A stretch of 64,000 nt of DNA from Felis catus (GCF_018350175.1 NC_058368.1:122638001-122702000), one strand, 5' to 3'. Numbered from the stretch's first letter, positions 49,951-63,525 are shown. Numbers and translations are program-made. Notes: generated from the sequence alone by a model not told the origin.

Positions 49951-50867
49951 AAAATATTTGCTATCTGGCTCTTTACAGGAAAAGTTTGCCAACTCTTGAT
50001 CTATACCACATTCAGGTTGGTGAATGTGTTGCAAAATAGGTTCCCATTGCTTCCAGGAGTGTTTATAACATGCAGTGATTATAAAGGACAGTTGACAATA
50101 GATATTAAGAGTCCGAACAAATTTAAGAAATTTGCATGTTAAGATGCATCTGTTGGGTATTTCTGCTGCAGTTGGTTCTCAGCCAAGGCACGTTATCCAA
50201 AATGGTACTCTCTTGTGTCTCTGGAAACACTTCTATTGAAACTCTTTTTTTGTTACATGGTGTGGATGCTTTCCAACTTGGGGAAGGTCCCCAGGTCTCA
50301 CTTCCCTGCCTATGCTGGTATAGGTGAAAACACTTCTGTAGGAGCTGTTCTTTCAGCACCACACTCCACAGGTTCTTCCAAGGGGCCTTCACTCACCTGA
50401 GTGCCCATGGGGAACTGAGGGGTCCCTCTTCAAAGAGCAAATCCTCCCAACTCTTGGGATTCTCCAGTTTAAATGGTAACAGCCTCATATGGACTGCAAA
50501 TCACAAAATTTGGGGGTTTTCCTAATACACTAGAATGTTTTAACTGGTTTTTTTTTCCTTGAAGAGTGTGACTTGACTCTCTCTTAGGAGGCAAACACTC
50601 ACACTTTTACAGTCAGGAAAAAGGTCCTGAACATAATCTCTATGGTATAATGTCCTGTTTGGGCTTCATTGTGTTTTAAGCCGTAACACTCTGTTTTAAA
50701 TTTTAACATCAATTTCAAAGAGCTGAAATTGTGTACCAGGTGTTAAGAAGAAATCTGGACTGAGGTTAGCAATTTAATTAATCCAACTGTTCCCTATTGC
50801 CGTTTTTACATCTGAAGCAAACTGATATTTTAGCTAATGTTTCCATGTCTGCCAAAAGGTAAAAACG

Positions 50868-51070
50868 AGGGGCACCTTGGTGACTCAGTCAGTTAAGCAT
50901 CCCACTCTTGATTTCAGCTCAGGTCATGATCTCACTGTTCATAAGACAGAGCCCCGAGTCAGGCTCTGTGCAGACAATGGTGAGCCTGCTTGGAATTCTC
51001 TGTCTCCCTCTCTTTCTCTGCCCCCTCCTTGCTCTCTCTCTCTCTCAAAATAAATAAATAAACTTTAAAA
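50868..51070 (+). mobile_element. CanSINE
   Basis: Typical head/body/tail. Confidence 0.85.
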
Positions 51071-51133
51071 ACAAAGGTAAGACTTGAGAATGGCCCAGAA
51101 AAAGCTAATAACTGAAATAGAAAAGAGAAAGTC

Positions 51134-51355
51134 AGGGCACCTAGGTGGCTCAGTTGGTTAAGCATCTGACTTAAGCTCAGGTCATGATCTCACAGTCTGT
51201 GAGTTTGAGCCCTGTGTTGGGCTCTGTGCTAACAGCTTGGAGCCTGGAGCCTGCTTTGGATTCTGTGTCTTCCTCTCTGCTCCTCCTCTGTTCATGCTCT
51301 GTCTCTCTCTGTCTCAAAAATAAATAAAAACATTAAATTTTTTTTTTAAAAAAAG
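51134..51355 (+). mobile_element. CanSINE
   Basis: TSD AGAAAAGAGAAAGTCA. Confidence 0.9.
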
Positions 51356-51796
51356 AAAAGAGAAAGTCATTGATCATGTAAAACAGTTCTGTACATATCT
51401 ATTATTTGGTACCAAATAGCTTTTGGTTCCACTTCAAGAAGACTGGCAATATGGGGCTTTGCAATATGACACAAGATGCAGCCTAAGTGGTTTAATGTGG
51501 ATTACAAAAATTGGAATTATATAATTCCTTTATTAAAAGAATTTCCTGAGTTTATCATTTGTGGGCACTTTGTTCTACACAGCTGGTGCATCAGTCATTA
51601 TTGTTTGTCTCCCTCAACATCATGAGGGAAACAAACAAATAAATTGCAAATTAAAATATAACCTAAGTGTTATCAAAAGGATGAGCTCAGTCATGGGACA
51701 CATACAGCCATCTTTGGAAGGTAAGGGAAACCAAGTTAGTTCTAAACAATGAGTAGGGAGGAGAGTGGTGTTGAAAGACCATGCTACAGAAGATCA

Positions 51797-52137
51797 CAGG
51801 TGACCCTTAAACAAAGCAGGGGTTAAAAGCACTGATCTCCCCCCCACCACCATGCAGTAAAAAATCTGTGTATAACTTTTGACTTCCTCAAAACTTAACT
51901 ACTAATAGCTTACTGTTAACTGGAAGACTTACCAGTGACATAAATAGTCAAGACATATTTTGTATGTTATGTGTATTATATACTACATTTTTATGATTAA
52001 GTAAGAGAAAGAAAAGAAGATGCTAAGAAAATCATAAGGAAGAGAGAAAATACGTTTACAGTACTGCATCTATTGAAAAAAAACAGTAGGTAATTGGACA
52101 TGTGCAGTTCAAAACAGTGTTGTTCAAGGGTCAACAG
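51797..52137 (-). mobile_element. Tigger2a-like MITE (opposite orientation to 29459-29828)
   Basis: TIRs CAGGTGACCCTTAAACAA...TTGTTCAAGGGTCAACAG followed by TA. Confidence 0.85.
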
Positions 52138-53997
52138 TATGTGCAAAAGACCAGAGGCAAGAGAGATCTTGGCTGGTTCTTGGAAAGCTTTTTATGAACA
52201 GAGGGGGAGGAGCAAAGAACATGAGAAATAAAATGGGTAGATCTTATATATGTATGTAAATACATACACATAATTTTGAATATGTAAAATATTTCATTAG
52301 TTTAAAAAATAAAAATACACGTAGAAACTCTAGAGGAAGTGATTCAAAGGAAAGAAGAAGGCATATAAGGGATCTGGTGCCTGGTAAGCCCTCAACAAAT
52401 GTTAGCTATTGTAGTAATAGAAATGCTAAGTTTAGGTTTTCTGAGATGGATACTTTATTTGCTCTGTTTGAGCCAGAACAAAGGGCAAGAACCTTGGTGG
52501 GTCAAGAGGGAATTTAGTGTAATAGTTAAGAGCTCGTCAGACTTTAATTCAAATCCATATATTAAATCTTAGCTCTGTGCCCATGGGCAAATGTTTTAAC
52601 CTTTCTACACCTATTTCATCATCTGTAAAATGGAGATAATGTACTTCATTCACAAAGCTGTTGTGAGGGTTAAATGCAATAATATATGTAAAATAATTAG
52701 CACAAATTGACTGGCACAGAGAAAGCACTCAAAAATGGTTGCTTGTCTCGTTACAAAAGGAGACATAGGACATGTGGCAGGGATTGGGGAACATTCCCAG
52801 AAGATGCATGGTGATAAGGACAATTGTCTCAGCTGGGCATGAATTCGTCTTGCTGTGGCTGGGTCTGTTTGCAAAGAAGAATAATCCCATGGATGAATAG
52901 GCAGCCAGCCAAGATGGCTTGATCCTTTCCATTGGTTCTAGCCAAGAAATGTCTAAGTGTGAGTAGAATGTGAATCACCTGCTTACTGTAAATTAATTAT
53001 TATTATTCACTCAGCAAAGAGAAAAAGATGCTTGGTCAGAATTAATCATCTCAAAAAGCCCAGTGATTTTAGATTCATTACATTTGAATATGGTAATGAG
53101 ACATTTGTCACTTTTATAACTCTTTGTGGGGGAGAGTGTCTATTGTAGGATGGAAAAGGATTAACATGTAATTTTAAGGGTGTGCCTTCTCTTTTTCTTT
53201 TTCCATATTTATTAAAGGTCTAGTATAAAATTTGTTGCATGTCTCCACTTTACAGATAAGGAAACAGGCTTTGAGTCTCAAGTGATTCATAGTGAAATGG
53301 AGTTTACAATCGAGACTTTTTAGACTCCAACAATTCACAGTTCTGGAGGCACATTAGAATCATTTGGAGGACTTTTTAAAACTAATGATGACCAGGGCCC
53401 ACCCCTGGAGATTCTGTTGAGTTGTTCAAAGGTAAACAATTCTTAAATATAAAATTCCTTGGTCAAAAGCAACCTCCTTTTTTAAGGCTTGCTAAATATA
53501 GGATTTAAAATTTTTTTTTTCAATATGGCTGTGCTGACTACTGAGGAATCAACCTGGACAATAAATGGACTCCCTCCTCTCCCCATACCCATCTGTGCTG
53601 TCCAGTTCAGAGTATTTCAGAAGCAGGTTCAAAGCTGGGAGAATGAATTCAACCATTTATTCTGTACTGGGGGAGGGGAGGGAATAGTTTTTGTCTCCCT
53701 TGACCTTTTTGATGAGTCACTGATAGCCTTAATGTGATGCCTTTTCTGCCTCATCAGAGAACAAATCTCTCCAAACATTCTAAATAATCAGAACATTATC
53801 TAACACTTGAATGAACTTGGTCCACATCACTTAACCAGTTGAACTTGAAGGCTTACTTCTCCGTAAGAAAGATGATTCTTTTTCCTTTTTCTTTTTTCTT
53901 TTTTTTTTTTTTTATGGCACTGAATAGACAAGAATTTTGAAAAGTAGTCTCTGTTATTCTGGAAATGGCAGTGATCACATACTCTGGCTTCTTGCAA

Positions 53998-54000
<3 letters not shown>

Positions 54001-54034
<34 letters not shown>
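54001..54034. repeat. (CT)17 microsatellite
   Basis: Directly visible. Confidence 0.95.
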
Positions 54035-54038
<4 letters not shown>

Positions 54039-55818
54039 TACACTCACATCAAGTGCTAGCCTTGGAGGAGAGATGGGACAAAGACTGAGTCAAAATCCCT
54101 TCTTTGCTTGCCTGTCACTATTGCCTACGAACCAGAAGAAATTATAAAATTATTCCATTTTTTAAAAATCCTCTGAAGCAGTGAGTCTTAAATTTGGGTT
54201 AATCCTGAGCCCTTTTAAGTAGTTAACAAAAGAAGGTCCCTGGAAGGACTTATTAAGATATATATGCTTCAAAATGTTTATCTGTCTGGACCTCTGATGG
54301 GCCCATAAATGCATAATTAAGAAACTTGACACTACGGGAAAAAAATAAATATGGCTTTCGTCTAGTACCTATGGAAACAGGCACAGAGTAGAAAACGAGA
54401 CAATGCAAAGCAAAGCTATGCATCAAAATGTTTTTAAAATTTGTTCTGATACAGAAAACAAAAGCAGCTAAAAAAAAAAAAATCTTTCCCTCAAAACAAC
54501 AACAACAAACAAAAACAAAACAAACCCCCAAGCACTGCGATTGTTTCCCTGAGATAATTTCTTCCTCCTGAGCAGTAGATCACAAATTGCCCTGTGTGTG
54601 CAGATAAGACTGCTTTTCCCAATCTGGCTTCCCAAGTCAGTCTGACACTTCCTTTCCCTACCACTACCATTTCTGTGCTTTTCATCCTCTTTCTTATCTT
54701 TATCTTCCAGATGCCCAGTCAGATATACCCATGAAGGAGTCTGCTATATCATCTGGCCAAAAAGGGACATGATAAAATGTAAGGTCATGAAGGACCTAAT
54801 AATGTCCCAGAAAATACTTAAACAGGAATTGGCTGGAAAAGGATTCTAAATGGGCATGTTGAAAATGGGTCTCTTGAGACAGATATAACCCTGATAATTG
54901 TGCCTCAGTCCCATTTTCCATTTTGAGTCAGAGGGGTGATTTGTAAGAAATCCTGGGAGAGTGAGGATGTGAGAGACTGTGTCTAAAAGTGAGAGAGAAT
55001 CAGAAAAGGCCTGTTGTCTGTCAATTAAGTGGCCTTGGTTTGAAAAGTCCAGGGCTAACATTTTAATGCTTTATTTGTAAAGTGGGACAAGGTTGTGGAA
55101 TAATATCTCCAGTGAGATTTATTCTACCTCTTTCTCTCATTTCAACTTGTCCTCCTGTAAATGGAATTGAGGCTGTGAATACTTGGGACATATGATTGGC
55201 AAAATTATGCTTTTGTCTTTAACCTGCTAAAATGTACTGGGGCTAGGATTTACTTGCATACATGTCTCCTTATTAAATAATAATATTAATAGCTGGTATT
55301 TATTTACTGAGCTCTTAACTATATGTCACACGTTGTTTGATGAGCTCATGTAATCCTTACAACAATCCTGTCAAGTCAGTAGTGTGATCTCCACCTGAGG
55401 CACAGAGAGTATGACAGGCCAAGGTCACAGAGGTGAGGGAAAACACAGAGCTTAGATCTTGACCCAGGGAGTCTAACTGCAAATCCTACACTCTTTACTA
55501 CACTCTACTACCCTCGAGCTCAGGCGTATTGGGCATTACCTCAGAGTATCTTGATTATCCGAGTGATTTAATGCAATTCAATCTTGTTAAAATATAATTT
55601 TCAAAAATAGGTAAAATGATGATTCTCATGTAGATATATATATGACCATGTGTCAAAGTTATTAACTCATTAATGAGGAAATTAGAGATGTGTTAAAATG
55701 ATATAGACACAAAAGAGACACATTTATAAGTCAGAAATATTGAAGTGAAAGTTAAATGGAGGCAAAATTGAACTTCTCCACAATGGAAGACAGAAATGCA
55801 CTGAACAGAATTTGTACA

Positions 55819-56035
55819 GGAGCACCTGGCTGGCTCAGTGGTTAAAAGTCTGACTCTTGATTTTGGCTCAGGTCATGAGCTCACAGTTCATGGGATTGAG
55901 CCCCACGTCTGACTCTGCATTGACAGTGTTGAGCCTGCTTGGGATTCTCTCTCTCTCCCTCTCCCTTTCTCTCCGCCTGTCCCCCATTCACTCATGCTCT
56001 CTCTCAAAATAAATAAATAAACTTTAAAAAAAAAA
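55819..56035 (+). mobile_element. CanSINE
   Basis: TSD AGAAT(T/C)TGTACA. Confidence 0.88.
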
Positions 56036-56960
56036 AGAATCTGTACATCTATAGACAAGAATTATTTTGCATTGTTATCAGTTATTTACACTGTACAGAA
56101 TTGTAGCTCCCATGTAATCAGAGTAAGATAACACCAGAATGAGGTGCCACAGGCAATGCATAGTTTTCTGCTAAAGCACTAGCTTTTTTTTTTTTTAACA
56201 ATGCTTACAATTCACCCTTGCTCCTCAAACTCAGAAAGGTTTATACCTGATCGGTATAAAAGGCATTTTGGGAGACAGTCATGTGAATAAAAAGAGTTTT
56301 GCAAACTCCCAGGGCAGACATTTATAAATACTTTTAAGAAGGCAGATTATTAAAGAATATAAGTAAGAGAAGGAGAGATTCATTCAGCTATAGGAAACTA
56401 ACAGAATTTCTATATGAGGCATTTAGGGGAGATAGTCCAGTTAGAGGAGAGGACTGGAGGCTATCCTCAAGCTTACCTCTTGGTAAGAAAGCACTTGGTT
56501 TTAGAAACCACTTTACATAAAACAAGAAAAAGTAAACCATCTCTATTAAAGAATGCCATGGGGCTTAGATGGGACCATGGAAGCTTCCTAAAGCCATTTC
56601 ATGTACTCACTTGGAAATCTAGAAAAGTTCCTTGCAGGAAAAAGCACTAAGATTGACCTGAGAGGGAGTAGGAAAACGTAGAAGTGCTATTCTACATTTT
56701 ACATGACAGAGGGGCATCTTGATCAAAAGCACAGAGATCAAGAGAGGGGAGGTGACATGGACATGGGAATGACAGGAAAGAGGAAGTTAAGCATCTGGCT
56801 CAAAACCCAGTGCTCTCTCAACCTGTGCAGGTCCAGCATCTACTAAGCTCTGTTTCCTTCCATAGGGACCTTGACATCAGACTCCCTTCCTAAGGCCAGA
56901 GCTCTGGTGCCAGCATAAAAATAGATACGTAATACGTATTTCCAGAATGAACAAAAGTAT

Positions 56961-57090
56961 GGAAAGAAGAAGGAAGGGAGGAAGGAAGAAAAGAAGGAAG
57001 GAAGGAAGGAAGGAAGGAAGGAAGGAAGGAAGGAAGGCAGGCAACAAGGAAGGAAGGAAGGGAGGGAGGGAGGAAGGGACAGAGGGAAGA
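56961..57090. repeat. (GGAA)n purine-rich microsatellite
   Basis: Directly visible. Confidence 0.9.
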
Positions 57091-57094
57091 CATT

Positions 57095-57383
57095 GAACTT
57101 TAACTAGGCACTCTGCTACAAAAAAGTTCTTCTACCAAAAGAGAACTCCCCTAGCTTCACTGTTTCAGGAAAGAGCTAACCACAAAGAACCACTCTTTCC
57201 ATATGACTCAGTTAAGACCCACCTCCACTGTCTACTTCATGATTCCCCTGTCTACTTCCCTCTATAAAACCACAAGTCCTTATGCATTTCTTTGAGATGC
57301 TTTTCATTAATGAACATTTTCCTTACTGCAACAACCTAAATAAAATCATATTTTTAATTGTCCTGTGCATTTTATGTTTCACC
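57095..57383 (+). mobile_element. Probable old ERV LTR 3' part
   Basis: TATA-like CTATAAAA, poly-A signal AATAAA, CA end; family not identified. Confidence 0.4.
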
Positions 57384-58290
57384 ATTGGAAAGAAGAGGGT
57401 TTAAAACCTAATCTCTGGGTTTGAAGAACACTTCTGTGGGTCTGCGGCTTAATGCAGGATGAAGGCATGCAAATCTTTAATTTGTTTTAACTGTACCCTT
57501 TTCATATAGATGAAGCAGGGACATGCTCTGTGAAAGCCTCAGAACACAGCTTGACCAGGAAAAAGCCATCTCTTGTGGCTCTGGCATCTGTATCTTTGTC
57601 TTTGGGACAAAGGGTGAATTCAGGGCTTTTGGGATTAGGGCATATAAGGGAGGTGGTTTTCCTTTCCTTCTTAGAAGATGGACTGGGATGGGGAGAGGAT
57701 TTGAGTTGATTAAATTATAGATAGCATCAACAGAAAGACTCATTTGGGGTAATAAATATGCATACTTTTTTATTGATCCAAAGAAAGTATTCCAGTTGAA
57801 GCTAAAGGTGGAAACAAGCAACAAAGCTATCTTTGGCCTGCTTAAGGCAAAAACAAAATCAAAGAAGTGACTGGAAGGATATGGTAGAAGTCAGTACTGT
57901 AAAAAGCTGATGTGTACATGCAGCTCTGAGATGTAGATGGTAGGAAGTGAATGGACAGTGATGGATGAGACCCTGTTCCTTTTAGCCTCACTCTCTCTCT
58001 CTAACAAAGAATCAAATACCAGGAAAAAGGCAGCTGATTGGTAGGACCTGGGTCACATGCTCACCCCTTGGCAGGGAAGTTCCAGACTAGGAGATTGACA
58101 GTTTCACCAAGACTGCAGCCAACATGGAAGAAATTATACAGCAAAAAGGAATGGAGGCAGGAAGAACTGTTATTAGAAGGAGGAGCCAAGGATTTTAGGC
58201 AAGAAAAACAGTAGTTTTACATAAAATTACCATATGACCCAGTTGTCCCACTCCTAGGTATATATACCCCAAAGAAATGAAAGCATACAT

Positions 58291-58530
58291 GGGGTACCTG
58301 GGTGGCTCAGATGTTGGTTGAACATCTAACTCTGGCTCAGGTCATGATCTCAGGATTCGTGAGTTCAGTCTCAGGGTTTGTAAGTTGGAACCCTGTGTTG
58401 GGCTCAGTGATGTCAGCACAGAGCCTGCTTCCGATCCCCTGCCCCCCCCCCCGTGCCTCTCCCCAACCCCAATCGTGCTCTCCCTCTCAGAAAGAAAGAA
58501 AGAAAGAAAAAAAGAAAGAAGAGGAAAAAT
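58291..58530 (+). mobile_element. CanSINE
   Basis: TSD AAATGAAAGCATACAT. Confidence 0.85.
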
Positions 58531-58668
58531 AAATGAAAGCATACATCCACACAAAAACCTGTACTTAAATATTCATAATGGCATCATTTTTTAATAGAAA
58601 GTGAAAACAGCCCAAATGTCCATCAACTAATGAATGTATATTCATACAATGCAGTGTTACTCAGCTTT

Positions 58669-58791
58669 ATTTTTTTAATGTTTATTTATTTTTGAGAGAG
58701 AGCGGATGAGTGGGGGAGAGCGCAGAGCAGAGAGAGAGGGAGACACAGAATCTGAATCAAGCTCCAGGAGACTGAGCTACCCGGGTGTCCC
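58669..58791 (-). mobile_element. Internally deleted CanSINE (left arm of inversion)
   Basis: Head GGGACACCCGGGTAGCTCAGT joined directly to CTCCTGGAGC. Confidence 0.8.
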
Positions 58792-58823
58792 AGTGCTTCA
58801 TCCCTTTTTAAAGCTGAGTAACA

Positions 58824-59016
58824 GGGAGGGGGACAAAACAGAAGAGACTCATAAATATGGAGAACAAACTGAGGGTCACTGGAGGGGTTGTGGGAGGGGG
58901 GATGGGCTAAATGGGTAAAGGGCACTAAAGAATCTACTACTGAAATCATTGTTGCACTATATGCTAACTAATTTGGATATAAATTTAAAAATATAAAATA
59001 AAATTAAAAAAAAAAT
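58824..59016 (+). mobile_element. Young feline L1 3' UTR tip
   Basis: Closely matches 13806-14000 in this window; TSD AAAGCTGAGTAA(C/T)A. Confidence 0.9.
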
Positions 59017-59032
59017 AAAGCTGAGTAATACT

Positions 59033-59255
59033 GGGACACCCTGGAAGCTCAGTTGGTTAAGTGTCCGACTTTGGCTCAGGTCATGATCTCACAGCTCGTG
59101 GGTTCGAGCCCCATGTTGGGCTTTGTGCTGACAGCTCAGAGCCTGGAGCCTGCTTCGGATTCTGTGTCTTCCTTTCTCTCTGCCTCTCCCCCCATTTGTG
59201 TTCTGTCATGCTCTCTCTCTCAAAAAAAAATAAATAAATAAACATTAAAAAAAAA
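59033..59255 (+). mobile_element. CanSINE (right arm of inversion)
   Basis: Head GGGACACCCTGGAAGCTCAGTTGGTTAAG, full body and tail. Confidence 0.88.
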
Positions 59256-62093
59256 TTAAAGAAGAAATGAAGTACTGATACATGTTACAACATGATGAAC
59301 CTTGAAAACATGCTAAGTGAAAGAAGCCAGTCACAAAAGACCACATCTCATATGACTCCACTTTCATGGAATGTCCAGGATAGGCAATTTCATAGAGACA
59401 GAAAGTAGGTTGAATAGATTAGTGATTACTTAGTGCTGAGGGAACACTACTGAGTAGGAAAGAAGGGAAAAGGGGATTGTCTGGTAATGAATACTGGTTT
59501 CTTTGGCGGGGGGTGGGGGGAACAATATTTTAAAATTATATTGTGGTGATGGTTGCACAACCCAGGAATATACCAAAAACATTGTATTGCATACTATAAT
59601 CTTAGGACATGTAAATTTATCTTAACAAAGTTTTTAGAAAGAAGAGACAGCTTTTCCATTACAATACCATTACTGCAATGATGAAATTTGTTCTAATTAA
59701 CTTTATTGTTTTCACTTGTCGATAAACTAAGGAGAAGTTACTGGAGTGGATCTTAAGAGACAGGAAAGAAAGTCACTGGTCTATCATGGTTTTGGAAACA
59801 CAAATCATACCCTTGGATCAAGGCACTATTTTCTGTTAGAAACAGTTACCACCAGTGTGAACCTTAAGTTAGTTTTATAAGTTATTCAAAATGAGTATGA
59901 ATTATTCTATTATTCCCTTCCACATGCATCAACCAAACTGAAACAGATCCTGTAGGGGATAAAATTTACACAAGGTGGTGTGGAACACTGTAAAGGATGC
60001 AGACTAGGTGGGAGAGCTGAATTACTATCACTGATGTATATATGCCTGGTAAAAGAATGGTAGGTAGGTAAGTTTTTACCTGGTAAAAAAGGTAGATAAG
60101 TCCCTTCCCTTTTCTAGGCCTGTTTCCTAACATGGAAAAGGATAGAGCTGAAGTAGATCAGTGGTTACCAAAGACTGGTTTCTCATTAATGGTTGTGATA
60201 TTTACTATTTCCTCAAAACAAATTAACCTAAACAATATAAAGAGAATTCTGGGAAAATAATATAGATATTGTACAGACATGGCAAAACCCATGATATTAA
60301 TATAAGAATTATTGAGACCCAGCCAACACTATGTAATACATTCTGCTATAATCTGATTACTTACAACAAGAGGTGGAAAGACATTGGCTATAATGTCATT
60401 GGCTATAACAGCATTATTTTATAAAGCTATCTTCTCCCATGTATTGGATTTATAGCATTAAGCTTCTAAATGACAATGAGGTTAGTGTATAATTATCACT
60501 TGTTAGGTGCTTGTTATAGGCCATGCCACAAGAGCCGATGGCTTAGGTGACTGGGGAGGGCTTCCCTGGAGGATTGGGACTGGTGGGATGCAGAGGGTTA
60601 GTGAGCTAAGGGCGAGGGGAGCTTCCCACAGGCAAAATAGCTGCTGTGAAGGCCTCTGGTGAAAATCGAACCTGTAGTTTCTTTTAGGAACTATTGTATC
60701 CTATGTGTTTGAAACACGGAGAATGAAGAAGAGAAATGTACATTAGCCACCAACACTTACCTAGCACACCCCTCACTTCTGACCCTGTGCTAGGTGATTT
60801 GCTTATTTCATTCAAGCCGCAGAAAGGCTCTATAGGGTCAATACTATCACTCCATTTTACAGATGAGGACTGAGGCTTTGTCTGTGGTTGCAGAGCTAGC
60901 AAGAGGGAAAGCCCGGACTTGAACACAACCAGCCTGTCTCCAGAGCCAGTGTGTGGAGCCACGACACGATATGCCTGCTGCCTGTACACTACTTACCTCA
61001 ACTTCTCCAAAGCTTTGCCATCCCTTGATTTTCCTTGGCCCCAGCCAGGATGACAGGCGGATTTAGCAATAGATTACTTGCTCTGTGATGCTGGTCAGGA
61101 AGCCTGTTGTTAAAGTAAATAAGACACTTGAAAGCAGAGCCAAAGCTATTAAAATTTTATAAGCCAACGTTACCCAAGATTCTGCACTGTGGATAAATGT
61201 CAAAAGGACTTGTTATGAAATCATATCTTTTAGAACTTCCATATAATTTCTTTCTCCTTAACAGAGAGTTGAGAAAGGTAAAAATAACAGTGTTTTATTT
61301 TTACTGGGAAAATAATATAGCTTGATTTGGGACAACGATTGAAAAACAACTGTTTGGTCGGTTTTTTCCCCACATGCTATGATTTGATGCAGAGAGGGCA
61401 AAAAGTCTCACTGTACTACATTTATAAGAGGGTTGCTTAAATTTGTGTAACTTCTCAAGGTTCAGTGTGTACTCCTCCTAGTAGAATAAATCTCAAATAA
61501 TAACAAACATTGCTCCCTCCACTGTGTACCTCTAACTGCATTGTTACTGAACAAACGGTCGAGGGAATATAATGCCAGAATTATACCCTACCCCATTCCA
61601 ACTTCAACAGATAAAACAAATGACCCAAACACTTTAATTCCAGTCCAGACTTTGAAAGAAAGCCCTCTTGTTAACGTGTGAGTTTATTATCTTACCATTG
61701 GCAAGTCGAATAAAAAGAAACAAAAATAAAGGCAGTGTTTACTCATGGTGGCTGAGGACTGGACCTACATTTTGGATACAACTGTCGTTCTTTGGGCCTT
61801 TTCCTAAGAAGCATTTTAGAAAGAACTCAGAACAGCTAAGAATCTGTATCGTGTTCTCTTAAATGAAATCTCATTGGGAAAGAGAAACATTCAGGAAGTT
61901 AGAAGATGAAAAATCTAAGTGGTTTTTCGTTTTTCAAATATGACCCATTCAACGGTCTCAGTGCTCCACAAAGAAATGACTTAGGCACTTCAAAGGTTTC
62001 ACTCCATTCTTTCTGGTTCTCATTTCTCTCTGTTTGCATCATGACTAGAAGAGTTTCGGGTGTATTCTGGCTAGGTGTCTGGAAAGATGATTT

Positions 62094-62206
62094 AGGATGA
62101 CCAACTATCCCTGTTTGGCCAGGACTGAGGAGTTTCCTGAGATGCAGGACATTTAAATACTAAAATCCAAACAGGCAGGGGGAAAATCAGAACAACTGGT
62201 CACTGT
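62094..62206 (+). mobile_element. MER81-like hAT-Blackjack MITE
   Basis: TIR-like AGGATGACCAACT...AACTGGTCACTGT; internal GGACTGAGGAGTTTCC. Confidence 0.6.
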
Positions 62207-62492
62207 AGGATGGTATTTGTTGGCCTAGTTACAGATCTTTGCTTCCACAAACCAGAGAAGACACCGTCACTTCCTGAGGCATAATACCCTGCTTCCCCTG
62301 GCACCTATTATTTCTAAAAGCTTCCCAGTTGTTCTGATAACAAGCCAGGTTTGGGAGTGTCTGATGTGGTGTGGGTAATTCTTAAATAGAATCATTTCTA
62401 TTGGTCTCAAATGAAAAATGCAACCGACAAACTATTTTCTTTTTCTAATTTTTTAATACCTTCGAAGTTGAACTGTATTTAAAAACAAAATA

Positions 62493-62660
62493 GGGGCGCC
62501 TAGATGACTCCGTTGATTAGGCTATTGACTCTTGATTTTGGCTCAGGTCATGATCTCACAGTTCCTGAGTTCAGGCCCTTTGGGATTCTCTCTCTTTCCT
62601 TCTCTCTCTCTGCTCCTTCCCTGCTCATGCTCTGTTTCTCTCTCTTTCTCCAAAATATAT
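62493..62660 (+). mobile_element. CanSINE (internal deletion)
   Basis: GGGGCGCC head, GGCTCAGGTCATGATCTCAC, CT tract. Confidence 0.8.
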
Positions 62661-63525
62661 AACGAATATGTATAAAGATAACTGTGATCATAAGATATAT
62701 GTGCAACATTACACTTTGCTTTCCTTTTCAACATTATATTGCTTTCCATGTGGTATAAGCTTGCTCCTATATCATAACATGCTCACCATAAATAGTACTT
62801 TTAATGGTTAACTTATGCTTCAAGAGAATGGGCATAAGTCACTTTATCAGGCTCTTGACTAACTTTCAAGAGTAATGCCCTTAAAATAATCTACCAAGTG
62901 CCAGGAGATCATTTTAAGACAGATATTCCAAAAACATAATCTAAAGAAGAATCACTATCCTGATAGATCACTACAACTAAGTCTTTGCTTCAGGTGAAGA
63001 ATATGTCCTTCCTCATGAATCTTTCTTTATTTCGGTGTTTTGTTGGTGTTGCTTTTAATTAAATGATAGAGTAGCTTGAGATGAAACTTAAAAAATAACC
63101 TATAATTCCACGGCTCTAACATAGCCATTCAAAGATGTATAGGCATATAGATATTTATAGAGCTATAATCAGACAATGGATGCACTTTTGTGTTCCTTTT
63201 TTTCCACTTAATATTGCATTATAGCCACCTGGCCATGTTATTACATAGTCCTTATAATTATCCCTTTTAATGGTGGCATAATCATCTGCAAGTCATTGCT
63301 TGTGGCTACACAGTTCCTCTGGTCTGAGAACAGGTAACAATTATATGGAATAACTGAGGAAGAAAAAATTATTTAAACACATTCTAAAGCAGTGATTTTC
63401 AGATTGTGATCCTCAGCATATCCCAAAGCTTACCATAGTATGGAAATGAAGAAGAATCTGGGCCTAACCAAGCTTCCTTCTCTCAGAACACTTCTCCTTT
63501 AAGTTCCTTTCAAAAGTATGCTCTT

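Larger units (their letters stand above)
49200..50000 (+). mobile_element. MER58B-like hAT-Charlie element interrupted by two SINEs
   Basis: TAAGAATGTTTTTTACACTTTTAAATAGTTGAAAAAAAATCAAAAG; end CTATCTGGCTCTTTACAGGAAAAGTTTGCCAACTCTTG. Confidence 0.75.
58221..59640 (+). mobile_element. Old L1 (L1MB-like) 3' fragment with nested SINEs, an L1 tip and a micro-inversion
   Basis: TTACCATATGACCCAG...CCTAGGTATATA; GAAGTACTGATACATG...AAGTGAAAGAAGCCAGTCACAAAAGACCACA; L1MB 3' end. Confidence 0.8.

Noticed and set aside
56240..56260. Small inverted repeat TTTATACC-N5-GGTATAAA (similar one at 60073-60089)
   Set aside because: 8-bp AT-rich arms are expected by chance at this scale.
60383..60409. Short tandem duplications (CATTGGCTATAA twice; also ATGTGGGGTTCT twice near 1472)
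   Set aside because: Ordinary slippage events with no functional cue.
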